NCBI GenBank assembly: GCA_963765495.1
Contig: CAVXWP010000009.1
Coordinates: forward strand, 809,240 to 873,239
Direction of reading: 5' to 3'
DNA: 64,000 nucleotides
Origin: Blastocatellia bacterium
GTDB lineage: Bacteria > Acidobacteriota > Blastocatellia > UBA7656
Both the position numbers and the translations under genes were made by a program. The notes below the pieces were generated by a model. The model saw only the letters and a list, made by a program, of their open reading frames with translations, was not told the DNA's origin and searched no databases. This document shows, piece by piece, positions 41,933-51,404 of the stretch (position 1 is the first letter of the stretch; every line of letters starts with the position of its first letter).

Positions 41933-42030
41933 AATTTCCTCCTGGCCTGACAGAGGGCCTTGGCCCTCTGTCAACTCTTCTCACGAAAATCCCGGCACGA
42001 ACGCCCCCCGGCACAATCTAGCTTGCGCTT

Positions 42031-42059
42031 CATTGCCCCTCATTGCCCTTCATTGCCCT
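42031..42059. repeat. Tandem 10-bp repeat CATTGCCC(C/T)T x3 immediately downstream of trxA
   Basis: Read directly. Confidence 0.8.
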
Positions 42060-42389
42060 TTACTGGATGTGTCTTTCGAGAACTTCCGAGAGCACATCCT
42101 TGCTGACTGCGCCGACTACGCGATCCTCTTCTTTGCCGCCCTTAAACAGTATCAGCGTAGGAATCCCTCGCACGCCGTAGCGCCCCGCCGTTTCATGATT
42201 TTCGTCCACGTTCAGCTTTACGACCTTCGCCTTGCCCTGATACTTCTCCGCAAGCGCTTCAACGGTCGGAGCTATCATTCGACACGGTCCGCACCATGTC
42301 GCCCAGAAATCCACAAGTACCGGCTGCTCCGATTGAAGCACATCCGTTTCAAAACTGTTGTCGCTCGTGTCATTAACGTAATTGCTCAT
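42060..42389 (-). CDS. trxA: Thioredoxin
   Basis: WCGPC active site, about 109 aa. Confidence 0.9.
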   Translation of the reverse strand: MSNYVNDTSDNSFETDVLQSEQPVLVDFWATWCGPCRMIAPTVEALAEKYQGKAKVVKLNVDENHETAGRYGVRGIPTLILFKGGKEEDRVVGAVSKDVLSEVLERHIQ

Positions 42390-42457
42390 GCTTTGTCTCC
42401 TTACCAAATATTTGTAACTGCTTCTGCTACAGATCGGATCAAAAAAATTTCAGACCA

Positions 42458-42892
42458 TCATTTCTTTGACTTCGACTGCTTCCTGACGGATTCGAGTATT
42501 TCCTCAACCGTAATCTCTGATAAAACCTGTTCCATAGCCGTTTCGACTCTGCTTAACACATCACCGAGCACCGGCGCGATGTTTGCGCCTATGCGGCAGC
42601 CGGGGTCAGGCGGCTGCCGATGCAGAGAGAATATCTCTCCTCCTTCGACCGCCCTATACACATCGAGAAGGCTTATCTGGTTCGGAGCGCGGGTTAGCTT
42701 CGAGCCGCCGTATGCGCCCGTCTGCGATGTGATAAGCGAGGCTTTTGAAAGTGCCGACATAATCCGTCTTATTACAACCGGATTCGTGTTAACGCTACAG
42801 GCCATGTCTTCCGACTTTAATTGCTCATCGTCGTAATAAGCCATCAGCGCCAACATATGTACGGCCACCGCAAAACGACTGCTTCCTGACAT
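42458..42892 (-). CDS. Rrf2 family transcriptional regulator
   Basis: N-terminal wHTH AVAVHMLALMAY...VNTNPVVIRRIMSAL typical of Rrf2/BadM. Confidence 0.8.
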   Translation of the reverse strand: MSGSSRFAVAVHMLALMAYYDDEQLKSEDMACSVNTNPVVIRRIMSALSKASLITSQTGAYGGSKLTRAPNQISLLDVYRAVEGGEIFSLHRQPPDPGCRIGANIAPVLGDVLSRVETAMEQVLSEITVEEILESVRKQSKSKK

Positions 42893-42907
42893 ATCATCCC
42901 TCTTTAC

Positions 42908-42938
42908 TGTAACAAGTATAGTTACAAATCAAAATTTG
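42908..42938. promoter_or_regulatory. Putative Rrf2 operator: palindromes TGTAAC-N7-GTTACA and ACAAAT-CAAA-ATTTGT immediately upstream of the Rrf2 gene
   Basis: Two overlapping perfect inverted repeats within 50 bp of the regulator start. Confidence 0.4.
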
Positions 42939-43254
42939 TCAAGGCCCAATTTTAGGCGATCCAATTTTTTGACTCTTCGAGCAATGGACAGAAAAAGAGT
43001 AATAAGGTTTATTTGAGCGAATGGAGGAGGGGAACAGGCCACGGATGCCGCGGATCAGGCGGATTTATGCGGGGCCGATCATATGATGACTAATCCGCGA
43101 AAACACGTCTGATCCGCGTTTATCCGTGGCCTATTTCTATTTTGCCTTTCAAAATTTTGGAAATCTGAATGAGTTTGCCCTACTGCTAACTGTTGCACCG
43201 AGTCCAGGTTGCCAGCTTGCGCTACCCGAGCGGCGCAAGATAAACTCTTGCCTT

Positions 43255-44307
43255 ATGGCGACAACCGAGAGTGCTCAACTGTACTTCAAGCAAGCCAAAA
43301 TGATCGGGCCGGTAGTATCGAATCCGCCGGTCTGTTTGTATCTGGAAACAACCAACCGATGTAATCTGCTCTGCCAGCACTGCCCTCGCACATTTGCTTC
43401 GGTCGAGCGCCCGGCCGATCTTTCATTCGAGCAGATGAAGCTGATCGTCGAACAGGTGCCCAACCTCAAGCAGGCAGTTCTACACGGCATCGGCGAGCCG
43501 TTAATCAACAAAGAATTGCCCGCTATGATCAGCTATCTGAAGGAGCGAGGCGTCTATGTTCTGTTCAATTCCAACGGCACGATGCTCTATCCGCACATTC
43601 AGAGACAGTTGATTGACAGCGGTTTGGACGAGTACCGCGTATCGCTCGACGCAGCGGACGCGAAAACATTCGCAAGGGTTAGGGGGCTTCCCCGTTTCGA
43701 TCTGATTGTCAAAAACGTGCGCGAGCTTGTTGCGCTGAAGAAGCAACTTGGCATAGAGCATCCGCGCCTGTCGCTCTGGCTTGTAGGGATGAAAGAGACG
43801 CTCGCCGAGCTTGTGGCCTTTGTCCAGCTTGCCCACGATATGGGCGTAGGCGAAGTCTATTTGCAGAGGCTGGTTTTCTTTGACGACCAGCAGAACGGGC
43901 AAGGGTTTGCCCGACCCGACCAGGCGCTTTTCGGCACGGTTGATGAGGAAGAGGCGCGATTGATTGCCGAAGCCCATATGATAGCCGATGAACTGGGGGT
44001 GACGTTTCACGCATCGGGGGCGACTACGCCAGAGCAAAGCCTGATGCCCCGCGACGATGATCAGCCGTGGAATCTGTGCCGACGCCCCTGGACGTTGATG
44101 TACATAACGGCTAACGGCAATGTGCTGCCGTGCTGCATTTCGCCCTTCGCCGAACGCGATTACGATTCGCTCATTTTAGGCAATGCGTTCGAGCAGCCTC
44201 TGATGGACATATGGAATGAACATCTCTATCAGAAATTCAGAAACGATCTTCAAAGCGATCACCCGCACAGCGCGTGCAAAAACTGTGGCGTGCGTTGGAG
44301 CCTGTAG
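43255..44307 (+). CDS. Radical SAM protein with C-terminal Cys-rich (SPASM-like) domain
   Basis: CNLLCQHC (Cx3Cx2C) near the N-terminus; C-terminal CRRPW...CCISP...CKNCG cysteine cluster. Confidence 0.8.
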   Translation: MATTESAQLYFKQAKMIGPVVSNPPVCLYLETTNRCNLLCQHCPRTFASVERPADLSFEQMKLIVEQVPNLKQAVLHGIGEPLINKELPAMISYLKERGVYVLFNSNGTMLYPHIQRQLIDSGLDEYRVSLDAADAKTFARVRGLPRFDLIVKNVRELVALKKQLGIEHPRLSLWLVGMKETLAELVAFVQLAHDMGVGEVYLQRLVFFDDQQNGQGFARPDQALFGTVDEEEARLIAEAHMIADELGVTFHASGATTPEQSLMPRDDDQPWNLCRRPWTLMYITANGNVLPCCISPFAERDYDSLILGNAFEQPLMDIWNEHLYQKFRNDLQSDHPHSACKNCGVRWSL

Positions 44308-44361
44308 TCGGTGAGCCCTTTAACACGCCGGGCACGACCCTGTAAAACAGGAGATGATTTG

Positions 44362-45189
44362 ATGAGACGAGTGTTTGTGATGGCAACGATGATTTTGGCG
44401 GCTTTGCCAATCGTTGCTTCGAGTCAGACAAAGACCAGACGCCCGCGCCGCAACGTGCGCCCCGGCCTGAGCCTGGAGCAGACCCTGAAGAAGATGGAAG
44501 GCGAATTGTTCGAAGCCTTCAAACAGCGCGACCGGGCGGCGCTTGATCGGTTGATGACCCCGGATTACATGGCCACAAATCAGGACGGGTCGACGAGCAA
44601 TAAGGCGGAGACTCTTGAGGCGTTCAAAAACGACGCGGTTTCAATCGAGTCATTCGAGACCGAAGATGTTTTGGTGCGCCCTTTGGGAAATACGGCCATC
44701 ATAACCGGCCACTCCAGGTGGAAAGGCCGCAGAGGCGGACAAGAAGCAAGCGGGCAGTTTCGCCATACAGGAGTGTGGGTCAAGCGTCAGGGGCGATGGC
44801 AGATCGTGTCGTGGCAAGAGACAGCGATAAAGGAACGAGCCGTGATCGGGAAGGAAATCACTACACCTACGGGGTTGAAATACATCGATCTGGTCGAAGG
44901 CACGGGAGAGAGCCCAAGACCCGGTCAGATGGTCACGGTAGATTATACGGGCACGCTCGAAAACGGAGAAAAATTTGATAGTTCGCTTGACAGAGGCCAG
45001 CCTTTGATTTTTCAGATCGGTGTCGGGCGCGTTATCAAAGGGTGGGATGAAGGCGTTATGAGCATGAAAGTAGGCGGCAAACGCAAGCTCATCATACCCG
45101 CGCAACTCGGCTATGGGGAGAGGGGCCGGGGCATGATTCCGCCAAACGCGACTTTGATCTTCGAGGTGGAATTGCACGGAGTGAAGTGA
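44362..45189 (+). CDS. Secreted DUF4440/SnoaL-like domain fused to FKBP-type peptidyl-prolyl cis-trans isomerase
   Basis: C-terminal FKBP motifs ([47 protein letters not shown]). Confidence 0.8.
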   Translation: MRRVFVMATMILAALPIVASSQTKTRRPRRNVRPGLSLEQTLKKMEGELFEAFKQRDRAALDRLMTPDYMATNQDGSTSNKAETLEAFKNDAVSIESFETEDVLVRPLGNTAIITGHSRWKGRRGGQEASGQFRHTGVWVKRQGRWQIVSWQETAIKERAVIGKEITTPTGLKYIDLVEGTGESPRPGQMVTVDYTGTLENGEKFDSSLDRGQPLIFQIGVGRVIKGWDEGVMSMKVGGKRKLIIPAQLGYGERGRGMIPPNATLIFEVELHGVK

Positions 45190-45237
45190 TTTGAGATTTG
45201 AAATCTCAGATCTGCTTACCCGGATTGAAGTTTTGCC

Positions 45238-46236
45238 ATGAGTGGGGAACATAAACACGAGCACAAACACTCTCACGGTTCAGCAAACAACCGGCGCAGA
45301 CTCTCTGTTGTGCTCGCGCTCACATTCCTTTACATGCTGGCGGAGGCAATCGGCGGGTATTTAACAAATTCGCTCGCGCTGTTGTCGGACGCGGGTCACA
45401 TGATGACCGACGTTGCCGCGCTCTCGCTGGCGCTGCTCGCGTTATGGTTCTCGACTCGGCCGATCACACCAAAGAAGACATACGGCTATTACCGTATGGA
45501 GATACTTGCGGCGCTCGCAAACGGCGTGGGTCTTGTAGTCATTTCGCTGCTGATTTTTTACGAAGCTCTGCATCGCATCAAACAGCCTCCGGCAGTCGAA
45601 GGTTTCGAAGTGACGCTGATCGCGATTGGAGGGCTGGCAATCAACGGAGTGAGCGTGTGGATGTTGCACGCGGCGTCTGCGGAAAACCTCAATATGCGCG
45701 GCGCGTTTCTGCACGTCATCAGCGATGCGCTCGGCTCGGTGGGTGCAATCACGGCGGGGCTTTTGATTTGGCTGAAGGGGTGGACGATCTCCGATCCGAT
45801 TATAAGCATCGCCATGTGCCTGCTTATAATCTACGGCGCGTGGCAACTCATACGCGAATCGGTAAACGTTCTGCTGGAAGGAACGCCGTCTCATATAAAC
45901 ATACTCGCGGTCATAGAGGCCATGCACGAAATCGAAGGCGTCACAAGCGTACACGACCTACACGTATGGACGATCAGTTCGGGCAACGAAGCGCTTTCGG
46001 TTCACGTTACGATTGAGCCGGGCGCATCGCACAAGGAAACCCTCGAAGCGCTTCAGTATAGGCTGCGATCAGGGTTCAAAATAGGACACCTGACCATACA
46101 GGTGGAATCGCCGGACGAGCCGGTTGTGGACAACGTCAAGCTTTACAAGATCAACCCAAGGAGCGAAACCTACACGGATGCGCCAAGCACTAGCGGTAGC
46201 CGCAAAAGCGCCGCAGCCCGGAACAGTAAAGACTAG
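45238..46236 (+). CDS. Cation diffusion facilitator family transporter (CzcD/ZitB-like)
   Basis: His-rich N-terminus, six TM helices, HMMTDVAALSL and HVISDALGS motifs. Confidence 0.85.
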   Translation: MSGEHKHEHKHSHGSANNRRRLSVVLALTFLYMLAEAIGGYLTNSLALLSDAGHMMTDVAALSLALLALWFSTRPITPKKTYGYYRMEILAALANGVGLVVISLLIFYEALHRIKQPPAVEGFEVTLIAIGGLAINGVSVWMLHAASAENLNMRGAFLHVISDALGSVGAITAGLLIWLKGWTISDPIISIAMCLLIIYGAWQLIRESVNVLLEGTPSHINILAVIEAMHEIEGVTSVHDLHVWTISSGNEALSVHVTIEPGASHKETLEALQYRLRSGFKIGHLTIQVESPDEPVVDNVKLYKINPRSETYTDAPSTSGSRKSAAARNSKD

Positions 46237-46885
46237 GCTGCACTCACTTCTTTCCATTGACGACGCGACCGAATTGTATCGCTGCTTTCTCAAAGATACT
46301 CTTGCGCTGATGGAAAGCGTCCCCGAAACCGAAACCGTGATATCTTACACGCCCGCCGGGGCCGAACACCATTTTGAAGGAATAGCCTCAGGCAACCATC
46401 GCCTCCTGCTGCAACGCGGCGAGAGTTTTGGAGACAAGCTCTATCACGCGCTCGCGGATTTGCTGAGAGAAGGGTTCCGAAGCGCCGCCATTATGGACGC
46501 CGACAGCCCGACTTTGCCTCCCCGGTATCTGGCGCAGGCATTTGAAGAACTGGCGCGACCGGGCGACCGCGTAGTCCTCGGCCCCGCCCTGGACGGAGGC
46601 TATTACCTTATAGGGATCAAGCAACCACACAGACAACTCTTCGAGCGAATAACATGGTCGACCGAGATGGTTCTCGCCCAGACCATCGAGCGCGCAAGAG
46701 AGATAAACCTCGAAGTGTCGCTGCTTCCCGAGTGGTATGATGTAGACAACGTCACCGAATACGAGCGACTGATGGAAGAGATAAAAACCGCCGCAAACGA
46801 AAGGACCGACTTGAACGGGTTTGCGGCAAATACCCGGCGTTTCATCCTGTCGCGCCGGTCGCAATATCAGGCAGACGGGAAGTAA
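46178..46885 (+). CDS. DUF2064 family transferase (TIGR04282-like, rSAM/selenodomain-associated transferase 1 family)
   Basis: N-terminus ALAVAAKAPQPGTVKTRL is the hallmark of DUF2064; overlaps the CDF 3' end by about 59 nt. Confidence 0.6.
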   Translation: MRQALAVAAKAPQPGTVKTRLHSLLSIDDATELYRCFLKDTLALMESVPETETVISYTPAGAEHHFEGIASGNHRLLLQRGESFGDKLYHALADLLREGFRSAAIMDADSPTLPPRYLAQAFEELARPGDRVVLGPALDGGYYLIGIKQPHRQLFERITWSTEMVLAQTIERAREINLEVSLLPEWYDVDNVTEYERLMEEIKTAANERTDLNGFAANTRRFILSRRSQYQADGK

Positions 46886-48456
46886 TGACAAGTCATTCGA
46901 AGCTCTTGCCAGGCGGTGTCGAGCGAGAAATGCTGACCTTCATAATATTCAAGGTCTCGCTTGTCGCTCTCGGCATTTTGAGCCTTGCGCTTTATCACAT
47001 CAGCGCGCCTCTTTACCGCTATTCGCCGGGCAACGTAACCTACATCGCCACCTTTATCGGCCAATTCGCGTTTTACCTTCTGGCCTGTTACGCGGTTACT
47101 CGCTTTCGCGCAACAGACGCGGCCCGCAATTTATCATCGGTCACGATTTTCACGCTGATGATAGTGCTGATGTTTGCGGCGGCTTTTCGCGCAAGGCTTG
47201 TGACCGAGCCGCCCTTCCTGTCGAGCGATGTTTACCGCTATATCTGGGACGGTCGCGTGCAGGCATCGGGCATCAACCCTTACCGTTACATTCCGGCAGA
47301 AGAGGAACTGGCTCCTCTGCGAGACGACCTGATCTATGCCAACATAAATCGCAAGGATTTCGCGCATACGATCTATCCACCCGTAGCGCAGGCGATATTT
47401 TTGGCCTCATACCTTGTACGGCCATCGAGCGTGACGACATTCAAAGTAACGATGAGTTTGTTTGACGCGCTTGCGGCGCTGGCCATAATGCTTGCGCTTG
47501 CGCGGGCAAGGATGGACCCCGCGCTTGTCATCTTTTTCGCATGGCATCCACTGGTAATCTGGGAAGGCGCGCACAGCGGTCATATCGAATCGGCAAGCAT
47601 GGCGTTTCTGGCGCTCGCGCTTCTCTGTTGGACCTATGAAAAACGCGCTCTTACCGGCGTAGCCCTCGCGCTCGCAACCCTGGTCAAACTCTATCCGATC
47701 ATGCTGCTGCCGGTGTTTGCCGCGGCGAAATTGCCGCAGGGGCCAGCTTCGCAGGGGCCAGCTTCGCAGGAGCCAGGGGCCGGGGGCCAGCTTCGCAGGG
47801 GCCGGGGGCCGGGGGCCGGGGGGCTGGGGGCTGGGGATGAGAAGAAAGCTACAGGCAAGAAAATTGACCTGATAAACCTACTGGCCCCCGGCCCCCGGCC
47901 CCTGCTCCATCTGGCAGCTGCATTTATCCTCACGATCATAATCGCGTATCTGCCTTATCTGAGCGTAGGCGCGAAAGTGATAGGATACCTGCCGGGATAT
48001 TTGAAAGAAGAAGGATATATGCACGCCGGGAATCGCTATTTTCTGCTGAGCCTCGTGCGATGGTTTGTCCCTTTGCCGACTGCCGCATACTCTGTTTTTT
48101 CGGCCCTCGCTCTACTGGGGTTCGGCGTGTGGCAGCTATTGAAACCGAAACGCAACGTTACGGATGTCGCTCGCGGAGCCGCTCAGTTGATAGGGCTTTT
48201 CATGATACTCAGCAGCCCTCGCTATAGCTGGTATGTAGCGTGGATAATTCCATTTCTCTGCTTTGCGCCACGGGCGGCCTGGCTATATCTGACCGGCGCT
48301 TCGGTCTTGCTTTATCTGCTCTGGTTCACGACCGATTATCCCAATATCCCTTTATGGCTGGGCGCGGCGATTTATGTGCCGGCCCTCGCGCTGTTTATCA
48401 GGGATAGGGTCAAGATAAAAGTTGTGAAAGAGAAGGCAAGCGCGTCACAGGCTTGA
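46885..48456 (+). CDS. Polytopic membrane protein, DUF2029 / GT87-like glycosyltransferase family, with a low-complexity loop insertion encoded by a GGGGCC-type repeat
   Basis: Many TM helices; loop PQGPASQGPASQEPGAGGQLRRGRGPGAGGLGAGD...LLAPGPRP is encoded by repeat DNA at 47736-47902. Confidence 0.6.
   Translation: MTSHSKLLPGGVEREMLTFIIFKVSLVALGILSLALYHISAPLYRYSPGNVTYIATFIGQFAFYLLACYAVTRFRATDAARNLSSVTIFTLMIVLMFAAAFRARLVTEPPFLSSDVYRYIWDGRVQASGINPYRYIPAEEELAPLRDDLIYANINRKDFAHTIYPPVAQAIFLASYLVRPSSVTTFKVTMSLFDALAALAIMLALARARMDPALVIFFAWHPLVIWEGAHSGHIESASMAFLALALLCWTYEKRALTGVALALATLVKLYPIMLLPVFAAAKLPQGPASQGPASQEPGAGGQLRRGRGPGAGGLGAGDEKKATGKKIDLINLLAPGPRPLLHLAAAFILTIIIAYLPYLSVGAKVIGYLPGYLKEEGYMHAGNRYFLLSLVRWFVPLPTAAYSVFSALALLGFGVWQLLKPKRNVTDVARGAAQLIGLFMILSSPRYSWYVAWIIPFLCFAPRAAWLYLTGASVLLYLLWFTTDYPNIPLWLGAAIYVPALALFIRDRVKIKVVKEKASASQA
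47736..47902. repeat. GGGGCC/GGCCCC palindromic element (15-bp tandem CAGGGGCCAGCTTCG x3, then GGGGCCGGGGGCCGGGGGCC... / GGCCCCCGGCCCCCGGCCCC arms) embedded in-frame in the DUF2029 gene
   Basis: Read directly; same family as 26766-26947. Confidence 0.7.
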
Positions 48457-48516
48457 TAACCGGGTGTGCTTGATAGAAACTTATTTTCCACATTTTTGCG
48501 AACCGGGGAGAATTGA

Positions 48517-49326
48517 ATGCCTACTTTAGATCAGGAATTTGACTTTGATTTCAACGAGCGATCCCTCGAAGGCCGGGTGATTTTAGTGGCGGGCGGAACA
48601 GGCGGTCTCGGAAGCGCCACGGTCGCATTGCTCGCGCGCGAAGGTGCTCAGCTCGTAGTCGGATATTGCAGCAACCGCGACCGGGCAAGGGCGCTCAAAC
48701 AGGTAGTCGAAGCCGCATACGATACTACTCTTCATCTGGTTGAAGGAGATATTTCCGATCCCGACCAGCGCAGGCGTTACATCGAAACAGCCGACCGGCT
48801 AGGAGATGGCCTCTATGGGCTGATCTGTTTCACAGGCGACCCGGCTCGCGTGAAATTCGAGGAGATGACCGATGAAGACATGCAGGCTTCGATGGAAGAG
48901 AATTACATCGCGCCCGTGTTGCTTGCGCGGCAGGCGGCTGAGAGCATGAAGCGCCGGGGCCAGCAGGGCGCAATAGTGTTGACTTCGACCATGCAGGCAG
49001 TGGCGGTCTTTGAATCGAGTGTAAATTACGCAGGGCCGAAAACGGCTCTGATACAGGCAGCACGCATAATGGCCAAGCAGGCGGGCGGGCCCGCCGACAT
49101 TCGTGTGAACGTGATAGCGCCCGGGGTCAATCGCGCAGGGATGGCGATGAAGTCAATCGAGTCGGGCAAATATGACTTCTTCATCGATCAGGAAGTCATT
49201 CCACGCTTCGGTCGCCCCGAAGATATTGCTCGCGTCGTGCGCTTGCTCGTCGAGCCTGATAATTACATAACCGGCCAGGTAATCACCGTAGACGGCGGGC
49301 TGACCCTGCGGCGAGATCGTGGATAA
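48517..49326 (+). CDS. SDR family oxidoreductase
   Basis: AGGTGGLGSA cofactor motif and SDR fold. Confidence 0.8.
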   Translation: MPTLDQEFDFDFNERSLEGRVILVAGGTGGLGSATVALLAREGAQLVVGYCSNRDRARALKQVVEAAYDTTLHLVEGDISDPDQRRRYIETADRLGDGLYGLICFTGDPARVKFEEMTDEDMQASMEENYIAPVLLARQAAESMKRRGQQGAIVLTSTMQAVAVFESSVNYAGPKTALIQAARIMAKQAGGPADIRVNVIAPGVNRAGMAMKSIESGKYDFFIDQEVIPRFGRPEDIARVVRLLVEPDNYITGQVITVDGGLTLRRDRG

Positions 49327-49379
49327 AGATAGCCCCTTGCCCGTACGGCGGTCTATAGACAAAAACCAGAAGGAGCAAA

Positions 49380-50957
49380 ATGCGAATTAATTTTCGGTTT
49401 TTCAACAAGAGTGTAATCACGAGCCTGATTCTGATTGTGGCCGTTTCCTGTATGGGGGCGCAGCAGAAGAGTGTCCGGCAATCGGCTCTGACCCGGAGCA
49501 GGCAGGCGACTCTTGATCATATCTCCGCTTCGTCGCTCGAAGGCCATCTGTCATTTATCGCCTCTGACATGCTCGAAGGGCGCAACACTCCATCAACGGG
49601 GCTCGATACTGCCGCTCTGTATATTGCCGCGCAGTTTCGCCGCGCAGGTCTCGAACCCGCGGGCGATGATGGTTATTTTCAAACGGCCAACTGGCTTGTT
49701 TCAGAGCGTACGCCTGATGGGTTTGAGCTAAAGTTTGATACCGGGAAAGAGACTATCAAGGTCGATAAGGATCGGGTGAGCATTTCTCTTAATCAGGCCC
49801 TCGATCTTTCGCGCGCTCCTTTGCTCAAGGTGAATTATGAAGATTCTGCGGCTATCTCGGCGCTTGGCGTTGATGCGCAGGGAAAGGCGATACTGACCGA
49901 GATACCCGATTTTCGCAAAGCAGACCGTTCTCGACGGGGCGAACTGTATCAGGCCAGAAGCCAGTTCATGAGGAAGATGGGAGAGGTTAAAGCGGCTGTG
50001 ATTATTTCGATTGACCGGAGCAGTCCGACCGGCACAGGCCCCGCGTCCAGCCGGTTGATAGACCCCGAAAACCGCCGAGATATCGCTTCAACCGCTTCAA
50101 CGCCTTTCATCACCGTTCACGATCCGGCAGTAGTAAAAATGTATGACTCGATGGCATCTGCATCGAATACGGGTACGGTCTCTATTCATCTTGCCGCGCC
50201 TGACGAGCACCCCGTCAAGCTGCGCAATGTCATAGGCATCCTGCGCGGATCGGACCCGCAGTTGAAAGATACTTATGTGCTGGTCACAGCGCATTACGAT
50301 CATATTGGCGTGGACCCGAGTCTTCCGGGCGACAAAATATTTAACGGCGCGAACGATGATGGGAGCGGCACGGTTTCGGTCATCGAGATAGCATCGGCCC
50401 TGGCCACGCTGAAGGCGCGACCAAAACGGACCCTTGTTTTTATGACCGTCTTTGGCGAAGAGAAAGGGCTGCTCGGCTCGCGTTATTACGGACGGCACCC
50501 GATCTTTCCAATCGAGAAGACTGTAGCCGACATCAATCTTGAACAGGTAGGCCGCACCGACAGCACCGAAGGGCCGCAAATCGCTAATGCCTCGCTGACG
50601 GGTTTTGATTATTCCGATGTAGGGGAGATTCTGAAACAAGCCGGCTCGCTTACAGGCATCACCGTCTATAAGCATGCCCAGAATAGCGATGCCTATTTTG
50701 GCCGCAGCGACAACCAGGCGCTTGCCGATCAAGGTGTCCCCGCTCATACGCTGTGCGTGGCTTTCGATTACGCCGACTATCACGGCGCGGGCGATCACTG
50801 GGAGAAAATAGACTATGCAAACATGGCTAAGGTAGACCGCATGGTAGCTCTCGCGCTCATAATGATTGCCGATAGCCGGGACGCGCCAAAGTGGAATGAA
50901 GCAAACCCAAAGACCGCCCGCTATGTGAAGGCATGGCAGGAGCACCACGGGAAGTAA
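49380..50957 (+). CDS. M28 family peptidase (secreted aminopeptidase)
   Basis: NVIGILRGSD, VLVTAHYDHIG, GANDDGSGTVSVIE and FGEEKGLLGSRYY motifs. Confidence 0.85.
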   Translation: MRINFRFFNKSVITSLILIVAVSCMGAQQKSVRQSALTRSRQATLDHISASSLEGHLSFIASDMLEGRNTPSTGLDTAALYIAAQFRRAGLEPAGDDGYFQTANWLVSERTPDGFELKFDTGKETIKVDKDRVSISLNQALDLSRAPLLKVNYEDSAAISALGVDAQGKAILTEIPDFRKADRSRRGELYQARSQFMRKMGEVKAAVIISIDRSSPTGTGPASSRLIDPENRRDIASTASTPFITVHDPAVVKMYDSMASASNTGTVSIHLAAPDEHPVKLRNVIGILRGSDPQLKDTYVLVTAHYDHIGVDPSLPGDKIFNGANDDGSGTVSVIEIASALATLKARPKRTLVFMTVFGEEKGLLGSRYYGRHPIFPIEKTVADINLEQVGRTDSTEGPQIANASLTGFDYSDVGEILKQAGSLTGITVYKHAQNSDAYFGRSDNQALADQGVPAHTLCVAFDYADYHGAGDHWEKIDYANMAKVDRMVALALIMIADSRDAPKWNEANPKTARYVKAWQEHHGK

Positions 50958-51146
50958 AACCGTGGCAACTGAATTTTAGTTTTCCTCAAACGGATTAGCT
51001 CATATTAGGTCAGATCCGCGTATATCCGCCGCATCCGCGTCCGTCCCGGCCTATTAACCCCGCCTTTCATTCAAATCCATCTGCACCGATCTCTCGGGGT
51101 ATGATTTAGAGGCTGTGACCGCAAATATGCAAAACTCGTCTAAGGG

Positions 51147-51322
51147 GGAGCATGCTCAGGGCTATTGCAAAGTAGCTTGACATGTATGGTAGGGGCAGGG
51201 CTTGTCCCTGCCCGGATCGCCCGAAGGGCGATGACTGTCATCGCGCTTACGCGCGATTCGGGCAGCCACAAGGGCTGCCCCTACATTTTTGCTCGACTTT
51301 GCAATAGCCCTGGGAGCATGCT
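51147..51322. repeat. Highly structured intergenic element: 27-bp terminal inverted repeats (GGAGCATGCTCAGGGCTATTGCAAAGT / ACTTTGCAATAGCCCTGGGAGCATGCT) enclosing four internal hairpins
   Basis: Read directly; internal hairpins GGGCAGGG/CCCTGCCC, ATCGCCC/GGGCGAT, ATCGCGC/GCGCGAT and GGGCAGCC/GGCTGCCC. Confidence 0.7.
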
Positions 51323-51404
51323 AAAGCAGATTTCCCCATGTCTGCTCGCTCCATTACAATACAAACAGGACGCTGTGAGCAGATGTCGGTAGCAATCGAG
51401 GATT

